DNA of 64,000 nucleotides from Dehalococcoidia bacterium. GTDB lineage: Bacteria > Chloroflexota > Dehalococcoidia > Lucifugimonadales > UBA3495. The notes below the pieces were generated by a model. It had not been told where the DNA came from and made no database searches. It was given only the letters and a program-made list of their open reading frames with translations. Where the stretch lies: contig OZ250155.1 in NCBI GenBank assembly GCA_965237775.1, positions 17,084 through 81,083 on the forward strand, read 5' to 3'. Shown here piece after piece: positions 27,814 through 37,115 of the stretch. The position numbers and the translations under genes were made by a program. Position 1 is the first letter of the stretch. Each line of letters begins with the position of its first letter.

Positions 27814-30303
27814 CTAGGGTGCAGAGCTGTGGGGTGGATCACCCGACTCAAGTGTCCGGGCCCTCCGGGCCCTCCGGGCTGTCCGAACCGCACGGTCCAC
27901 CATCTTGGCCCACTGGTCGAACTTCTTGCAGGCGTCCCGCCTGATATTCGGGTATTCTTTCAAGATGTCCCTAAACGCTTGACGAGGATCTGTCTTGGTC
28001 TGGGACGTTGTTAACCACCGCAGGAGATTTGCTGGACGGACCTCGTTTTGGTACTGTTCCTCCAGCCTGAGACAATACTGAGCCATCTTCTCTAAGGGGC
28101 CCGCGGGAACCGCGTGTTGCCGCGCCGCGCCATAGTCGATAATGGCCCTGACACGGTGCAGGCACAGGCGCTCCGCATTAGTGAGACCGGTCTGCGTCAA
28201 GCGCCTTACAACGGTCCGGTCGGCCTCGGCTACCAGATCGTTTATCTTTCTCAACGCTTCCCATCGTCGCCGAGCTCGGTCCTGGGCGGTGGCATGTGTC
28301 CTAACTGGCTCCGGTGACGGAGCCGGCGGCGCCGGCGCCGGCGCCTCTTGCAGCACACGGTCCTGGGCAGCAGCCGCTTTTCTAACCGGCGCTGGGGACG
28401 GAGTTGGTGGCATCGGGGTGGAAACCGGCTTGTTCGTGGAAGCTCCTGCCTTGCCCTCATTCGGCACGCGGTCCATCTCTGCCTGGTCGATGGGCGGTGG
28501 TTCCCAATCTAGTTCCTCCGTCACGGGGTCCGACCAGATGCGTTGCTCTTCGAGCAATCTTACCCAAACCTCGAGCGAAGGTTTACTGTAGTCCAGCCGC
28601 CGTCCCGTCCGCTGCTGGAGGTGACCCCGGTACTCCCTGGCAATATCACTCAACCCCACCGGGCGGCCCTTGCATCGCCATACACTCTCCGGCCCCTCCC
28701 ATACGCCTTTGGAGAATTCCTTCAAGGTGGCGGTGAGAATCATCAAATCCCCCGCCAGGTCATCAAAGCGCTTCGCAGGCAACTCCTCACCGGTAATGAC
28801 CAGGATGGGGAAAGACTTTCCCAGCCGGATCGGGGCCAGGCGGTATGAGCGGAGCTTTTCTTCCTCTATCCGTTTCTTCGCCTTCGCCGAAAACTCCACC
28901 TCCAGGGGAACCCACATGCCTTCCTCCCGGCCGGGTACCGGCACCCGAACCCAGAGGTCGGGGACCAACTGGCCATCGTGCCAGGACACCACCCATCTCC
29001 ACCCGGCGGCCACCGGCATCCCAGCCCCCAGGAACGCTGCCGCCACCTCCGCCACCGCCGAGTCATGGCGCCTTTCCCTTATCGCATCCGCTCCCTCCGG
29101 GTCCAGATGCGTGACCTCCACCAGCCGGTCGGCATCCACCCTGTCCCGAGCAGCCAACATTTCGCGACCCCTCTGGGTAACATAGATGTTTTTTTCGATG
29201 CTTGTGATCAGCCCACGGTCTGCCAAGGGATCGACTGCAGCATTGACCGCGCCGCCGGACATATGAAAGGCTCTCACCAGGTTCGCCCTGGTGGCTGCCC
29301 GAAACTCCGACACAAAGGCCAGGAGCCGATATACCCGTGTACCCCCCAGATTCACCAGGTCGGGACCCTCTCCGATGGCCGCAGCCTCGGGGTGGCCGAT
29401 CGACCTGGCCTGCGGAGGCTTCTCCCTCAGAGTCCACTCGCTGTGACTGGCCTCTGCAGACCAGACCAGGGCGCCGGCTGTGTCCACGGACCCCACCTCC
29501 ACGTCGTCACCATAGGCGGTCTTTGATCGAAACGCCGCAAATTCGTCCAGTCCAATGGCGGCAACGGGCGGATCTATATCCCACCAGATACGGTCTTCCG
29601 GACCGCGGGGAGAGCGAATGAACTTGGAGCCAAGCCGGAGACTGCGGGACTGGTAGTCCTCCTGGGGCAGCAGTCCGGCCCAGAAGAAGGGGATGGAGTA
29701 GAACCCGGGGCGCTTGGTATACAGGTCAAAACGCCAGGTGGCTACGGCGTGCAGGCGGCCACTGGGCAACCACCGGACCTCGGTCAGGGTGGGCACGCCC
29801 AGCCAGACAAGACTGCTGCAGGCCGGATCCGGATAGCTGGACTGCCACTGGAATGGTCTGGCAAGCCCACAGGTCCAGAACGTGGGGAGGATCTCATAGA
29901 GGGATTCGATCATGGGCAGCCATAGCAGCATCCTTGTGACACCTTCTTCCGTCATCTGCCAGGTAAGGGGCAGCGCTGCCCGAAGCAGGCCCCTGTACTG
30001 GAAGGGCTTGATCACGTGATTCACACCCTCTCGCGCCAGCACATACCGCCGTTGAATCCGGCGGGTCACGCCCAGTCCGCGGCCGGCGATGAGTTTCTTC
30101 TTCTCCAACTCGTGACACGCCTTGTGAATTTCGGAATCTGACATATCGAGCCTTTTGGCGAGATCCGAGGCGGAGGCCCAGGGCTGATGCGCCAGCGCCA
30201 ACAGAATCCGCTCCTCCGGGGGGAACTCTGCCAGTAATGTTGCATCCTCTGCCCGCCCCCCTGCAGGGTGAAGACGCGGCGGGAATGCTGCTCGGTGCTG
30301 CAT
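27814..30303 (-). CDS. Replication-relaxation (Replic_Relax)-like protein with two wHTH regions and a long C-terminal extension (829 aa)
   Basis: The first wHTH reads ASASDLAKRLDMSDSEIHKACHELEKKKLIAGRG. The second reads ATRANLVRAFHMSGGAVNAAVDPLADRGLITS. The core reads RHDSAVAEVAAAF...LVPDLWVRVPV...WVPLEVEFSAKAKKRIEEEKLRSYRL. It is paralogous to 3776..5516. Confidence 0.65.
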   Translation of the reverse strand: MQHRAAFPPRLHPAGGRAEDATLLAEFPPEERILLALAHQPWASASDLAKRLDMSDSEIHKACHELEKKKLIAGRGLGVTRRIQRRYVLAREGVNHVIKPFQYRGLLRAALPLTWQMTEEGVTRMLLWLPMIESLYEILPTFWTCGLARPFQWQSSYPDPACSSLVWLGVPTLTEVRWLPSGRLHAVATWRFDLYTKRPGFYSIPFFWAGLLPQEDYQSRSLRLGSKFIRSPRGPEDRIWWDIDPPVAAIGLDEFAAFRSKTAYGDDVEVGSVDTAGALVWSAEASHSEWTLREKPPQARSIGHPEAAAIGEGPDLVNLGGTRVYRLLAFVSEFRAATRANLVRAFHMSGGAVNAAVDPLADRGLITSIEKNIYVTQRGREMLAARDRVDADRLVEVTHLDPEGADAIRERRHDSAVAEVAAAFLGAGMPVAAGWRWVVSWHDGQLVPDLWVRVPVPGREEGMWVPLEVEFSAKAKKRIEEEKLRSYRLAPIRLGKSFPILVITGEELPAKRFDDLAGDLMILTATLKEFSKGVWEGPESVWRCKGRPVGLSDIAREYRGHLQQRTGRRLDYSKPSLEVWVRLLEEQRIWSDPVTEELDWEPPPIDQAEMDRVPNEGKAGASTNKPVSTPMPPTPSPAPVRKAAAAQDRVLQEAPAPAPPAPSPEPVRTHATAQDRARRRWEALRKINDLVAEADRTVVRRLTQTGLTNAERLCLHRVRAIIDYGAARQHAVPAGPLEKMAQYCLRLEEQYQNEVRPANLLRWLTTSQTKTDPRQAFRDILKEYPNIRRDACKKFDQWAKMVDRAVRTARRARRARTLESGDPPHSSAP

Positions 30304-30864
30304 ATTCTCAACCTCTTGTCCAACTCATACATCCAGTATGACGGAGAAATTTGGCTCCACTTGGGTTGTTAAGAGCGGAGGTGTCAATAGCAAGCCGGAT
30401 GGCTTGTTGAAAAAGTCAGACGCCGGGTGACCGCCTGAATTCGCACTACGAATATCGGCTTTCTTTTCGGTTATGTGTTATCGGCCCTCACTCGATATAA
30501 CTTTATCGCCCGACTTTCGGCAATGCAGACGCCGAGAATTTCTCCTGTACTCACTAGAGCGGACTTTTTCAACAAGCCCTCTATCTTCCTATTGACAGAC
30601 GGCGCAGGCGCAGGTCCGCGATGGCGCCCTCGGTGGCCCGAACACCGGCCAGTTGCGTGGGGTCTAGCGGGTAGGGGTGCTGGTGCAATGCGGTCATGGG
30701 TGGACTCCTGCGCCAATACTCTTGGGGATCATCCGGACACAATCCGGGGAACAGCAATAACCTTCAGGAGGTATCCGGGCCAAAGTTCACGAAAGGTCGG
30801 GAGTGTTACCTGGGATTGCGCTGGCGTGTGAGGGCGGCCCGGGCCTGAGTCTACGCGCAGTACA

Positions 30865-31083
30865 TCATCGCCATTCTGTCTCTGATGCCCGCGGCCTGGA
30901 CTCTACCCACGCGATGACTTCCCGGGCTCTCCAGGCGACGGCCCTGCGCCCAATGCGCAGGGGAGCCGGGAAGTCCCCGCGGGCGACCATGGCAAGAAGT
31001 GTGGAACGAGAGAAGCCGGTGGTCCTGAGGACCTCGGGGAGCCTCATCAGACGGAGGCTTTCGATACTGGTGGCAAGGCTCAT
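30865..31083 (-). CDS. AlpA-family phage regulatory/excisionase-like HTH protein
   Basis: The 72-aa ORF contains LMRLPEVLRTTGFSRSTLLAMVARGDFPAPLRIGRRAVAWRAREVIAWVESR. Confidence 0.8.
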   Translation of the reverse strand: MSLATSIESLRLMRLPEVLRTTGFSRSTLLAMVARGDFPAPLRIGRRAVAWRAREVIAWVESRPRASETEWR

Positions 31084-31668
31084 AGTACGCTCCTCACAAA
31101 AATCCCCGCGCAGCCAACCTCAGAGAGCCGGTCTCTAAGCGTTATCTTGCACGGGGTCTGTGAGAACCGTGCCGTTGAGTAGGGCTTGTAATTAAGCCCT
31201 TAACCACAGTGGGATCTCGATGTGGCGCCCACTGTGCTGGGTCCGGGGGCCCTGAGCCTGCCGTGATTCTTTACGAGGGGCTCAACCCCCACTCTGTGCG
31301 GCGTGGCTGAAGCCACCCGCGTTCTCTATGCGGACATGGAGTCCGCCCTGTTTTTTACTGCGGGCCTGATGCCTGCAGGTGATTTAGCGAACCAGTGGCC
31401 CGCCCTCATTCTCTCGGCGGATCTGGAACTCGCCGTAGTCCTTACGGCGAACCTGGAGCCCCCGGGTAGGTCAGCTCGCTGCGCTAACGGAGACAATATA
31501 ACCTACCCCTCAATCGTAGCAATGATATTCGGGTTGGTCAAGACCAGATTCCCGCAGCAGAAAATTGCGAAACTCCCTTGCGGGTCTTGCGCGTGTTGGA
31601 TGCCTTTGGCTTTCTCCGGGTCTCGTTGCCCTGCCGGTGATGGAAGGGGGTGAATTGGGCAGTTTGAC

Positions 31669-31878
31669 TTAACCTTGGCCGAAATCTGATCTGGAGATTC
31701 CCAGGTTTCTCCTGATCCGGTGGAGGGTTCCTGTGGCCAGGTCACGGTTGCCATGCCTGGGGATAGGCGTCTGCCGCCCGTTTGCGGGGTTCTCCCATAT
31801 TTCGTGGGACCCGTCGGCCTGGCGCTGGAATTTACAACCCAGGCTCTCCAACTTTCTGCGTAGTTCCCTGTAGGTCAT
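31669..31878 (-). CDS. hicA: HicA-family mRNA interferase toxin
   Basis: The 69-aa ORF reads MTYRELRRKLESLGCKFQRQADGSHEIWENPANGRQTPIPRHGNRDLATGTLHRIRRNLGI. It overlaps the upstream hicB by 4 nt (ATGA). Confidence 0.85.
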   Translation of the reverse strand: MTYRELRRKLESLGCKFQRQADGSHEIWENPANGRQTPIPRHGNRDLATGTLHRIRRNLGISRSDFGQG

Positions 31879-32120
31879 GCGGTTACTGTCAGGGTGCCTT
31901 CGAAGCTGCGCAGGGGAGTCATCTCCGGGGGCAGTGCTTGCCCATTTTCCTTGCGCAGTTGGATGATGGTCTGTGCTACTGCCAGAAGGCTTTTAAGTGT
32001 TTCTTCCGGGGTCTCCCCCCAGGCCATGCAACCCTGTAGCGCCGGAATTTCGGCCAGGTACATCCAGCCCTCGCTTTCCTCGGGTTCGTGGAGCACGTAG
32101 TCCAGCTGGTATAGGTCCAT
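31875..32120 (-). CDS. hicB: HicB-family antitoxin (short form without a DNA-binding domain)
   Basis: The 81-aa ORF contains GWMYLAEIPALQGCMAWGETPEETLKSLLAVAQTIIQLRKENGQALP, which is UPF0150/HicB-like. Confidence 0.75.
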   Translation of the reverse strand: MDLYQLDYVLHEPEESEGWMYLAEIPALQGCMAWGETPEETLKSLLAVAQTIIQLRKENGQALPPEMTPLRSFEGTLTVTA

Positions 32121-32414
32121 CTTTTTCCTCCGGTCTGGACGTTCGCTGCCGTGGAATCTTTTCCATTTTGCCCTGCTGAATTGTTCTGGTCAAAGGGCTG
32201 TCTTTCAGCGGGGTTTTCACTTCATTGGTTTCGCAATTTTCTCCCCGCAGGGACCCCAACACCTGTCAGTATTGGATCAGAGCTAGGAGGAGCCAACCAA
32301 GTCCATCATCAGGGCGCGATTGCCCTGGCCAGAATCCCCAGGCCAATCGCATCTTAGTCAAGTTCTAAGAAATTGGTTAAATCAGGGTACAAGTTCTTGG
32401 TGTGAGGGAGGAAG

Positions 32415-33654
32415 ATGATGGGTGGATTGAAGAATGGGTCGATCTTAGATTGTTTCGCGGGGTTGGAAGACCCACGAATTGAGCGTAGCAAGCGGCATAA
32501 GCTGCTGGACACCATAGCGATTGCCATCTGCGGAGCGAACTCCTGGGTCCACGTGGAGCTATTCGGCTGGAGCAAGGAGGAGTGGTTAAAGAGCTTCTTG
32601 GAACTGCCCAACGGAATCCCATCCCATGACACTTTCGGGGAGGTCTTCTCGCGGATAAACCCGGACCTGTTCCAAAGCTTTTTAATGGCATGGACCCAAG
32701 AGATAGCCCAACTGGCCCTGGGAGAAGTGGTGGCCATCGACGGGAAGACGGTGCGCCGCTCCCACGATGGATTCCGGCGCAAGGGGGCAATCCACCTGCT
32801 AAGCGCCTGGGCGTCGGCCAACAGCATGACTTTGGGACAGGTGAAGGTGGATGAGGAGTCCAACGAAATCACCTCCATTCCCAGGTTGCTGGAACTATTG
32901 ACCCTACATGGCTGTATCGTGACCATCGACGCCATGGGCTGTCAAAAGGAGATTGCCCAACAGATCGTCGACGCCGGGGCGGACTACGTGCTGGCGGTGA
33001 AGCAGAACCAGGGCCAGTTGTTTGAAGACGTACGTGACCTCTTCCAGGGTGCGGAAGAGTTTGGCTTTGAAGGAGTACCCCATGATTTCGCCCGGACTGT
33101 AGAGAAGGGCCACAGGCGCATCGAATCTCGAGAATGTTGGGTGGTCGCCGACCCGGGCTGTCTAGTATTACAACGACGGTTCAAGGCGGGATGTCGCGGG
33201 ATGCACGAAGGGCGGCGCGCCGCCCGCCGTGAAGACAGGATGGAGCCGCCACCCTAAAGCCGTCGTTGAAGTACTAGAGTACCTGGAGAACGGGAAGCAA
33301 TGGGCCGGGCTTGAGGCGGTGGTGAAAGTAACGGCCCGGCGGGAGACGGACCGGGGCGTGAGCATCCAGTCCCGTTACTACATCAGCAGCCTGAGGGCTC
33401 CCGCTGCCCGGATGCTGCAGGCCATTCGCCGCCACTGGGGCGTCGAGAATTCTCTGCATTGGACCTTGGACGTAACCTACCGAGAGGACCAATGCCGGGT
33501 GCGCAGAGACCATGCTCCCCAGAACATGGCGGCCCTGCGCAACATCTCCCATAACCTGCTCAAGCCCGAGTCCAGCCTCAAAACCGGTATCCAAGGCAAA
33601 CGGCTCCAAGCCGGCTGGCGTGAGCACTACCTGATCAAAGTCCTCTCCTCCTAA
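32415..33654 (+). pseudogene. ISAs1-family transposase interrupted by a 108-bp MITE
   Basis: The N-terminal part reads FAGLEDPRIERSKRHKLLDTIAIAICGANSWVHVELFG...IDAMGCQKEIAQQIV. The C-terminal part reads RYYISSLRAPAARMLQAIRRHWGVENSLHWTLDVTYREDQCR. Removing 33166-33277 restores ...ADPGCLEYLENGKQWAG in frame. Confidence 0.85.
33166..33273. mobile_element. 108-bp MITE related to the IS701-family element at 1493-2944
   Basis: Its ends, tattacaacgacgg and ccgtcgttgaagta, form an inverted repeat matching at 12 of 14 positions. A CTAG direct repeat flanks it at 33162-33165 and 33274-33277. The last 59 bp or so match the right end of the IS at 2886-2944 at about 55 of 59 positions. Confidence 0.85.
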
Positions 33655-34070
33655 GACGCGATCGCCCTGCCGTCATCTTGAAGAATTGGACGCAGCTACA
33701 AGCCATTGCGTATACGATGCCGGATCGGCCGCTTTCTTCAGGCACCAAGACCTGCCTGAACGGATGGCCGCAATTTCCTGGCCGCTGTGGGAATAGTCCC
33801 AAGTAGTCCGGTAAGTTCCAGCCCTACGTGTGGGAATAAATGTGGGAATAACCAGAGTTGCAGGCCGTAATCGCCGTGATTTAGCTTCGGTTTTTGGATT
33901 ATAATACTGCCACTCCCTCCGCCAGTCATATCCTCTATATCAGATACAACACCCCTTCCTCAGCTACGAGATTAGCTTCAAATCACCCGATTGCCACTGT
34001 CCATTGCGGGTTGTTGCGTCCATAGAAATTCATTACAATCCAGGTCAAAAATGTACACGAAAGTGTACAC

Positions 34071-35285
34071 GTGAACATGGGGGAAATGGCAGTGGCCGCA
34101 GGGTTGACCGACAGGCGAGCAAGGACGATTAAGAAACCTGGGGAGTACTCCGACGGCAGCGGCTTGTATCTCCGGATCGACACCAAAGGGGGTAAGCGGT
34201 GGGTCCAGCGGATTAAAGTCAAGAACGGGCCCTTGCGTCACCTCGGCTTGGGGGCGTTTCCGGTGATCACGCTCGCGGAGGCCCGAGAGACTGCCTTGGC
34301 CAACCGGAAGATGGCCCGCCTCGGCATCGACCCGTTGGAGACTCAGAAGCAGGCTCGCGAGGAACAGGAGCGGGCCGAGTCCGTTGTCAACTTTTCCGAG
34401 GCCGCCGAACGGGTGATAGCGTTGCGGCGGCCAAGCTGGAAGAACACCAAACATGCCGCGCAATGGGCATCTACTCTTCGGACCTATGCGTTTCCGGCAA
34501 TCGGGGATCTGCCGGTCGGAGAGGTTACGAACGCGGATGTCCTGAAGCTCTTGGAGCCGATCTGGACTGCCAAGCCCGAGACGGCCCGGCGCGTGCGCCA
34601 GCGCACAAAGACAGTCTTGGACTGGGCGATTGCCCAGGGTTATCGCAACGACAACCCGGCAGGAGAGTCACTGAACGCAGTGCTCCCCAGGTTGCCGCGT
34701 ACGAAATCACATCACCCGGCCCTCCACTACTCCCAGGTGGCGGGCGCCATAAGCCGGGTCTACGAATCTGATGCCGAGCTTGTCACCAAGTTGTCGTTCG
34801 AGTTCTTGGTGCTGACGGTCACGCGGTCCAACAATGTCCGGGGAGCTGAATGGAGGGAAGTGGATATGGACTCCCGGACCTGGACCATACCTGCGGCGCG
34901 GATGAAGGGGACGGAGATGACGGCCGGGGAACACCGGGTCCCGCTGTCCGATAGGGCTATGGGAGTGCTGGCAGAAGCGCAGGCCCTCTGGTCCGATTCG
35001 GAGTGGATTTTCCCGGGTCCCCGTTCTGGACGCCCATTGTCGGACTCGACCCATAGCACCTTGCTACGAGACTTGGGCGTACCGGCGGTTCCCCACGGGT
35101 TTCGCTCTAGCTTTAAGGACTGGTGCATCGAACAGACGGATACACCCTGGGCGGTGGGTGAAGCGGCGCTTGCCCACACTCTTGGCAACTCCACCGAAGT
35201 GGCCTACGCAAGGAGCGACCTGTTCGACCGGCGGCGCCAACTGATGGACGAGTGGGCGGCCTACTTGGTGGCCCGCCGCGCCTAG
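34071..35285 (+). CDS. int: Tyrosine integrase with an N-terminal Arm-type (DUF4102-like) DNA-binding domain
   Basis: The N-terminus reads LTDRRARTIKKPGEYSDGSGLYLRIDTKGGKRWVQRI. The catalytic region contains TRSNNVRGAEWREV, HGFRSSFKDW and LAHTLGNSTEVAYARSD (R...HxxR...Y). The true start may be the ATG at 34077 or 34086. A direct repeat of TGTACAC at 34052-34058 and 34064-34070 abuts the start. Confidence 0.9.
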   Translation: MNMGEMAVAAGLTDRRARTIKKPGEYSDGSGLYLRIDTKGGKRWVQRIKVKNGPLRHLGLGAFPVITLAEARETALANRKMARLGIDPLETQKQAREEQERAESVVNFSEAAERVIALRRPSWKNTKHAAQWASTLRTYAFPAIGDLPVGEVTNADVLKLLEPIWTAKPETARRVRQRTKTVLDWAIAQGYRNDNPAGESLNAVLPRLPRTKSHHPALHYSQVAGAISRVYESDAELVTKLSFEFLVLTVTRSNNVRGAEWREVDMDSRTWTIPAARMKGTEMTAGEHRVPLSDRAMGVLAEAQALWSDSEWIFPGPRSGRPLSDSTHSTLLRDLGVPAVPHGFRSSFKDWCIEQTDTPWAVGEAALAHTLGNSTEVAYARSDLFDRRRQLMDEWAAYLVARRA

Positions 35286-35549
35286 ATGCTGGACCACTAT
35301 ACGGCGACGATGGACACCCAGGAAGGAGCGATCGAGGCGTTCCGGGGGGGTCAAGTCGTTTGGGGGTTAGATTCTCGGCACACCTTCGCGGTCAGCGTAA
35401 TCGAGGCCGACGTGGCGCTGCCCGCGCTCCAGGGCATGGGCGGATGGAAGCACTTGCCCTGGACCTATCTGGCCACCCTGGGGGATAGGGCAGCGAAGGC
35501 AGCCCACCAGAGGGTGTCGCCCGCGGACGGGCTGGCGGGGAAGAGATAA
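35286..35549 (+). CDS. Hypothetical ORF directly abutting the integrase stop; possibly a relic
   Basis: This 87-aa ORF starts at TAGATG. It contains one copy of the 42-bp repeat. I recognised no family with confidence. Confidence 0.25.
   Translation: MLDHYTATMDTQEGAIEAFRGGQVVWGLDSRHTFAVSVIEADVALPALQGMGGWKHLPWTYLATLGDRAAKAAHQRVSPADGLAGKR
35328..35369. repeat. Copy 1 of a 42-bp direct repeat
   Basis: The sequence gcgatcgaggcgttccgggggggtcaagtcgtttgggggtta resembles 36351-36392 (gcgatggaggcgttccgggggtccaagccgtttggggggtga) at roughly 85 percent, with one or two small indels. Confidence 0.7.
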
Positions 35550-35932
35550 CTGACCGGCTACGAAAGGCTCGGGGTATCGTCCAACGGCCAGCAGGCACTA
35601 TTCGAGGGAGAATTGGATGTAGATGTCGAACGAACAGATAGGAAATGTAAAATGATAGACCAAAACCAAGAAAAACCGAAGCCTGAAAAGCCGCCCGCCA
35701 GACCGCCGATTCCCCCGCTGCCAACTCCGGAGCCGAGACGCTATTCTGAGCCGAAGAGGCCGGAAACCAAGAGCTGAAACAGAGCTACCCAGTCGAACTT
35801 CGGTCCGAATACAACCACCGCCAGCATGACGGCTTCGACGGTCAGAAATCGTACTGCCCACTGAAGCATGTTGGCCTTGTGAGTTAGCTGCCTTTCGTTC
35901 CGCGCGTTAGCATCGCCCGTTGCCTGCCCAGC

Positions 35933-36256
35933 CTAAGACATGAGGCTATCTTCCTCGTAGTTGGGGAGTTGTTCGTAGAGGGTGGCAAGGGGCGGTGATG
36001 TCTGAAAGTCCTGAACCTGAAGAACGCGGAGTGCATGGGCAGCGGAAAGAAGAAAAGCGAATCCCATCAGGATAACGGGAAGCAGTAGCCACCCGCTCCA
36101 TTCATCACCGTTCCAACCAGCTAGACCTGCAAATCCAATCAGGGCTGCACTGAGTCCCAGCGATGCACTTCCCTTGATTTCTAACTGCGACTTTCTCGTC
36201 TCTTGCTCTACCGCATAGGACCTGGCCAACTGAAAGTAAAGTTCGTACTTCGTCAT
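35933..36256 (-). CDS. Small membrane protein (two TM helices after an amphipathic N-terminus)
   Basis: The 107-aa ORF reads MTKYELYFQLARSYAVEQETRKSQLEIKGSASLGLSAALIGFAGLAGW...WLLLPVILMGFAFLLSAAHAL. It lies in an AT-richer segment between the two 42-bp repeats. Confidence 0.5.
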   Translation of the reverse strand: MTKYELYFQLARSYAVEQETRKSQLEIKGSASLGLSAALIGFAGLAGWNGDEWSGWLLLPVILMGFAFLLSAAHALRVLQVQDFQTSPPLATLYEQLPNYEEDSLMS

Positions 36257-36350
36257 CGCTCACCTCTATCTAAATTTTACAATCCTGGGTTGGAAAGGTC
36301 GATGGGAGGCGGACCGTTCTAATCAATCCCAAGGGAGAAGGTTAACGGCT

Positions 36351-36392
36351 GCGATGGAGGCGTTCCGGGGGTCCAAGCCGTTTGGGGGGTGA
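36351..36392. repeat. Copy 2 of the 42-bp direct repeat
   Basis: See copy 1 at 35328-35369. Here the homologous reading frame (AMEAFRGSKPFGG*) is shifted and truncated relative to copy 1 (AIEAFRGGQVVWGLD). Confidence 0.7.
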
Positions 36393-36623
36393 GACAATTT
36401 AGGGTGAAAGAGTCTCAGGCGGTTTCCCAAAGTCGACTGCTACCAGTGCCGTAGCCCATCTTTGTCTCTCTATTGGGTAACGAGCCTGTGATTCTTTTGT
36501 GCCAAATAGCAGACGAGCAGAAGATTGGTGTCATCCATGGGGGTACGAGTTCTGATTCACGTGAACGACCATATGCTTGGGTTGGATCGTTTGACTGTTG
36601 GTCTCCTCGTGAATCGAGGTCGC

Positions 36624-37115
36624 TTATGGCATAAGAAGGGGTTCGATCGTCCTAGGATGCTCAACCGTCAACCCGACTAACGCACCAGCACGTAACAGCC
36701 GATCGTCGTAAGTGTGAACCGCTTCCAGTTCGAGACCCCGTTGGGTCAGCCATTCTGCCGTAGCCAGATGGGTGGCGTCATAAGGCCTAATACTTCTACC
36801 ACCCGCCATGGCGCGTCTCATCAGCGATCTGGCCATATTTCCGATTCCGTCGTGAAACTCGACGACCGTAATCCCCGGTTCACTCCATAGGCCATCAATC
36901 AGTTCTTCAATCTCAGAGCTAAGGGTTTGCGACTCCCTTTCGGAAGCGGCAAAAGCCACCTCAACTTTAGCAAGGGAAGACGTGTATATCCTAGTCCGAC
37001 CTCTTGACATAGATTGAAGGATGGCTTCCAAAACAGGCAGCCGCTCCGGGTTTTCCTCGACATACGAGAGAAAGACGCAGGAGTCCCAATACAGGAGCCG
37101 ATTTTCCCTAGGCAT
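36624..37115 (-). CDS. PIN-domain ribonuclease (VapC-like)
   Basis: The acidic residues follow the PIN pattern: LLYWDSCVF, LAKVEVA, RPYDATHLATA and HTYDDRLL. The gene overlaps the upstream gene by 8 nt. Confidence 0.8.
   Translation of the reverse strand: MPRENRLLYWDSCVFLSYVEENPERLPVLEAILQSMSRGRTRIYTSSLAKVEVAFAASERESQTLSSEIEELIDGLWSEPGITVVEFHDGIGNMARSLMRRAMAGGRSIRPYDATHLATAEWLTQRGLELEAVHTYDDRLLRAGALVGLTVEHPRTIEPLLMP

Larger units (their letters stand above)
32337..33671 (+). mobile_element. ISAs1-family insertion sequence carrying a MITE insertion (ends approximate)
   Basis: The imperfect terminal inverted repeats are cccaggccaatcgcatcttag (32337-32357) and ctaagacgcgatcgccctgcc (33651-33671), matching at about 16 of 21 positions. 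Without the 112-bp insertion the element is about 1.22 kb, within the ISAs1 size range. Confidence 0.6.

Noticed and set aside
31181-31660. A cluster of perfect hairpins considered as a possible ncRNA. These include agggctt-N6-aagccct at 31181-31200, cacagtggg-N14-cccactgtg at 31205-31236 and other short stems.
   Set aside because: The region shows no similarity to any RNA family I know, and there are no flanking features such as a reverse transcriptase or a terminator/antiterminator logic. GC-rich intergenic DNA readily forms such stems. It is worth an Rfam scan only.
33672-34070. A tRNA or tmRNA gene as the attachment site next to the tyrosine integrase. I also scanned 30340-30860 and 31140-31660.
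   Set aside because: I could find no cloverleaf-compatible sequence by eye and no conserved T-loop (GTTCGAATC-like) motif. A tRNAscan-type run would be needed to be certain.
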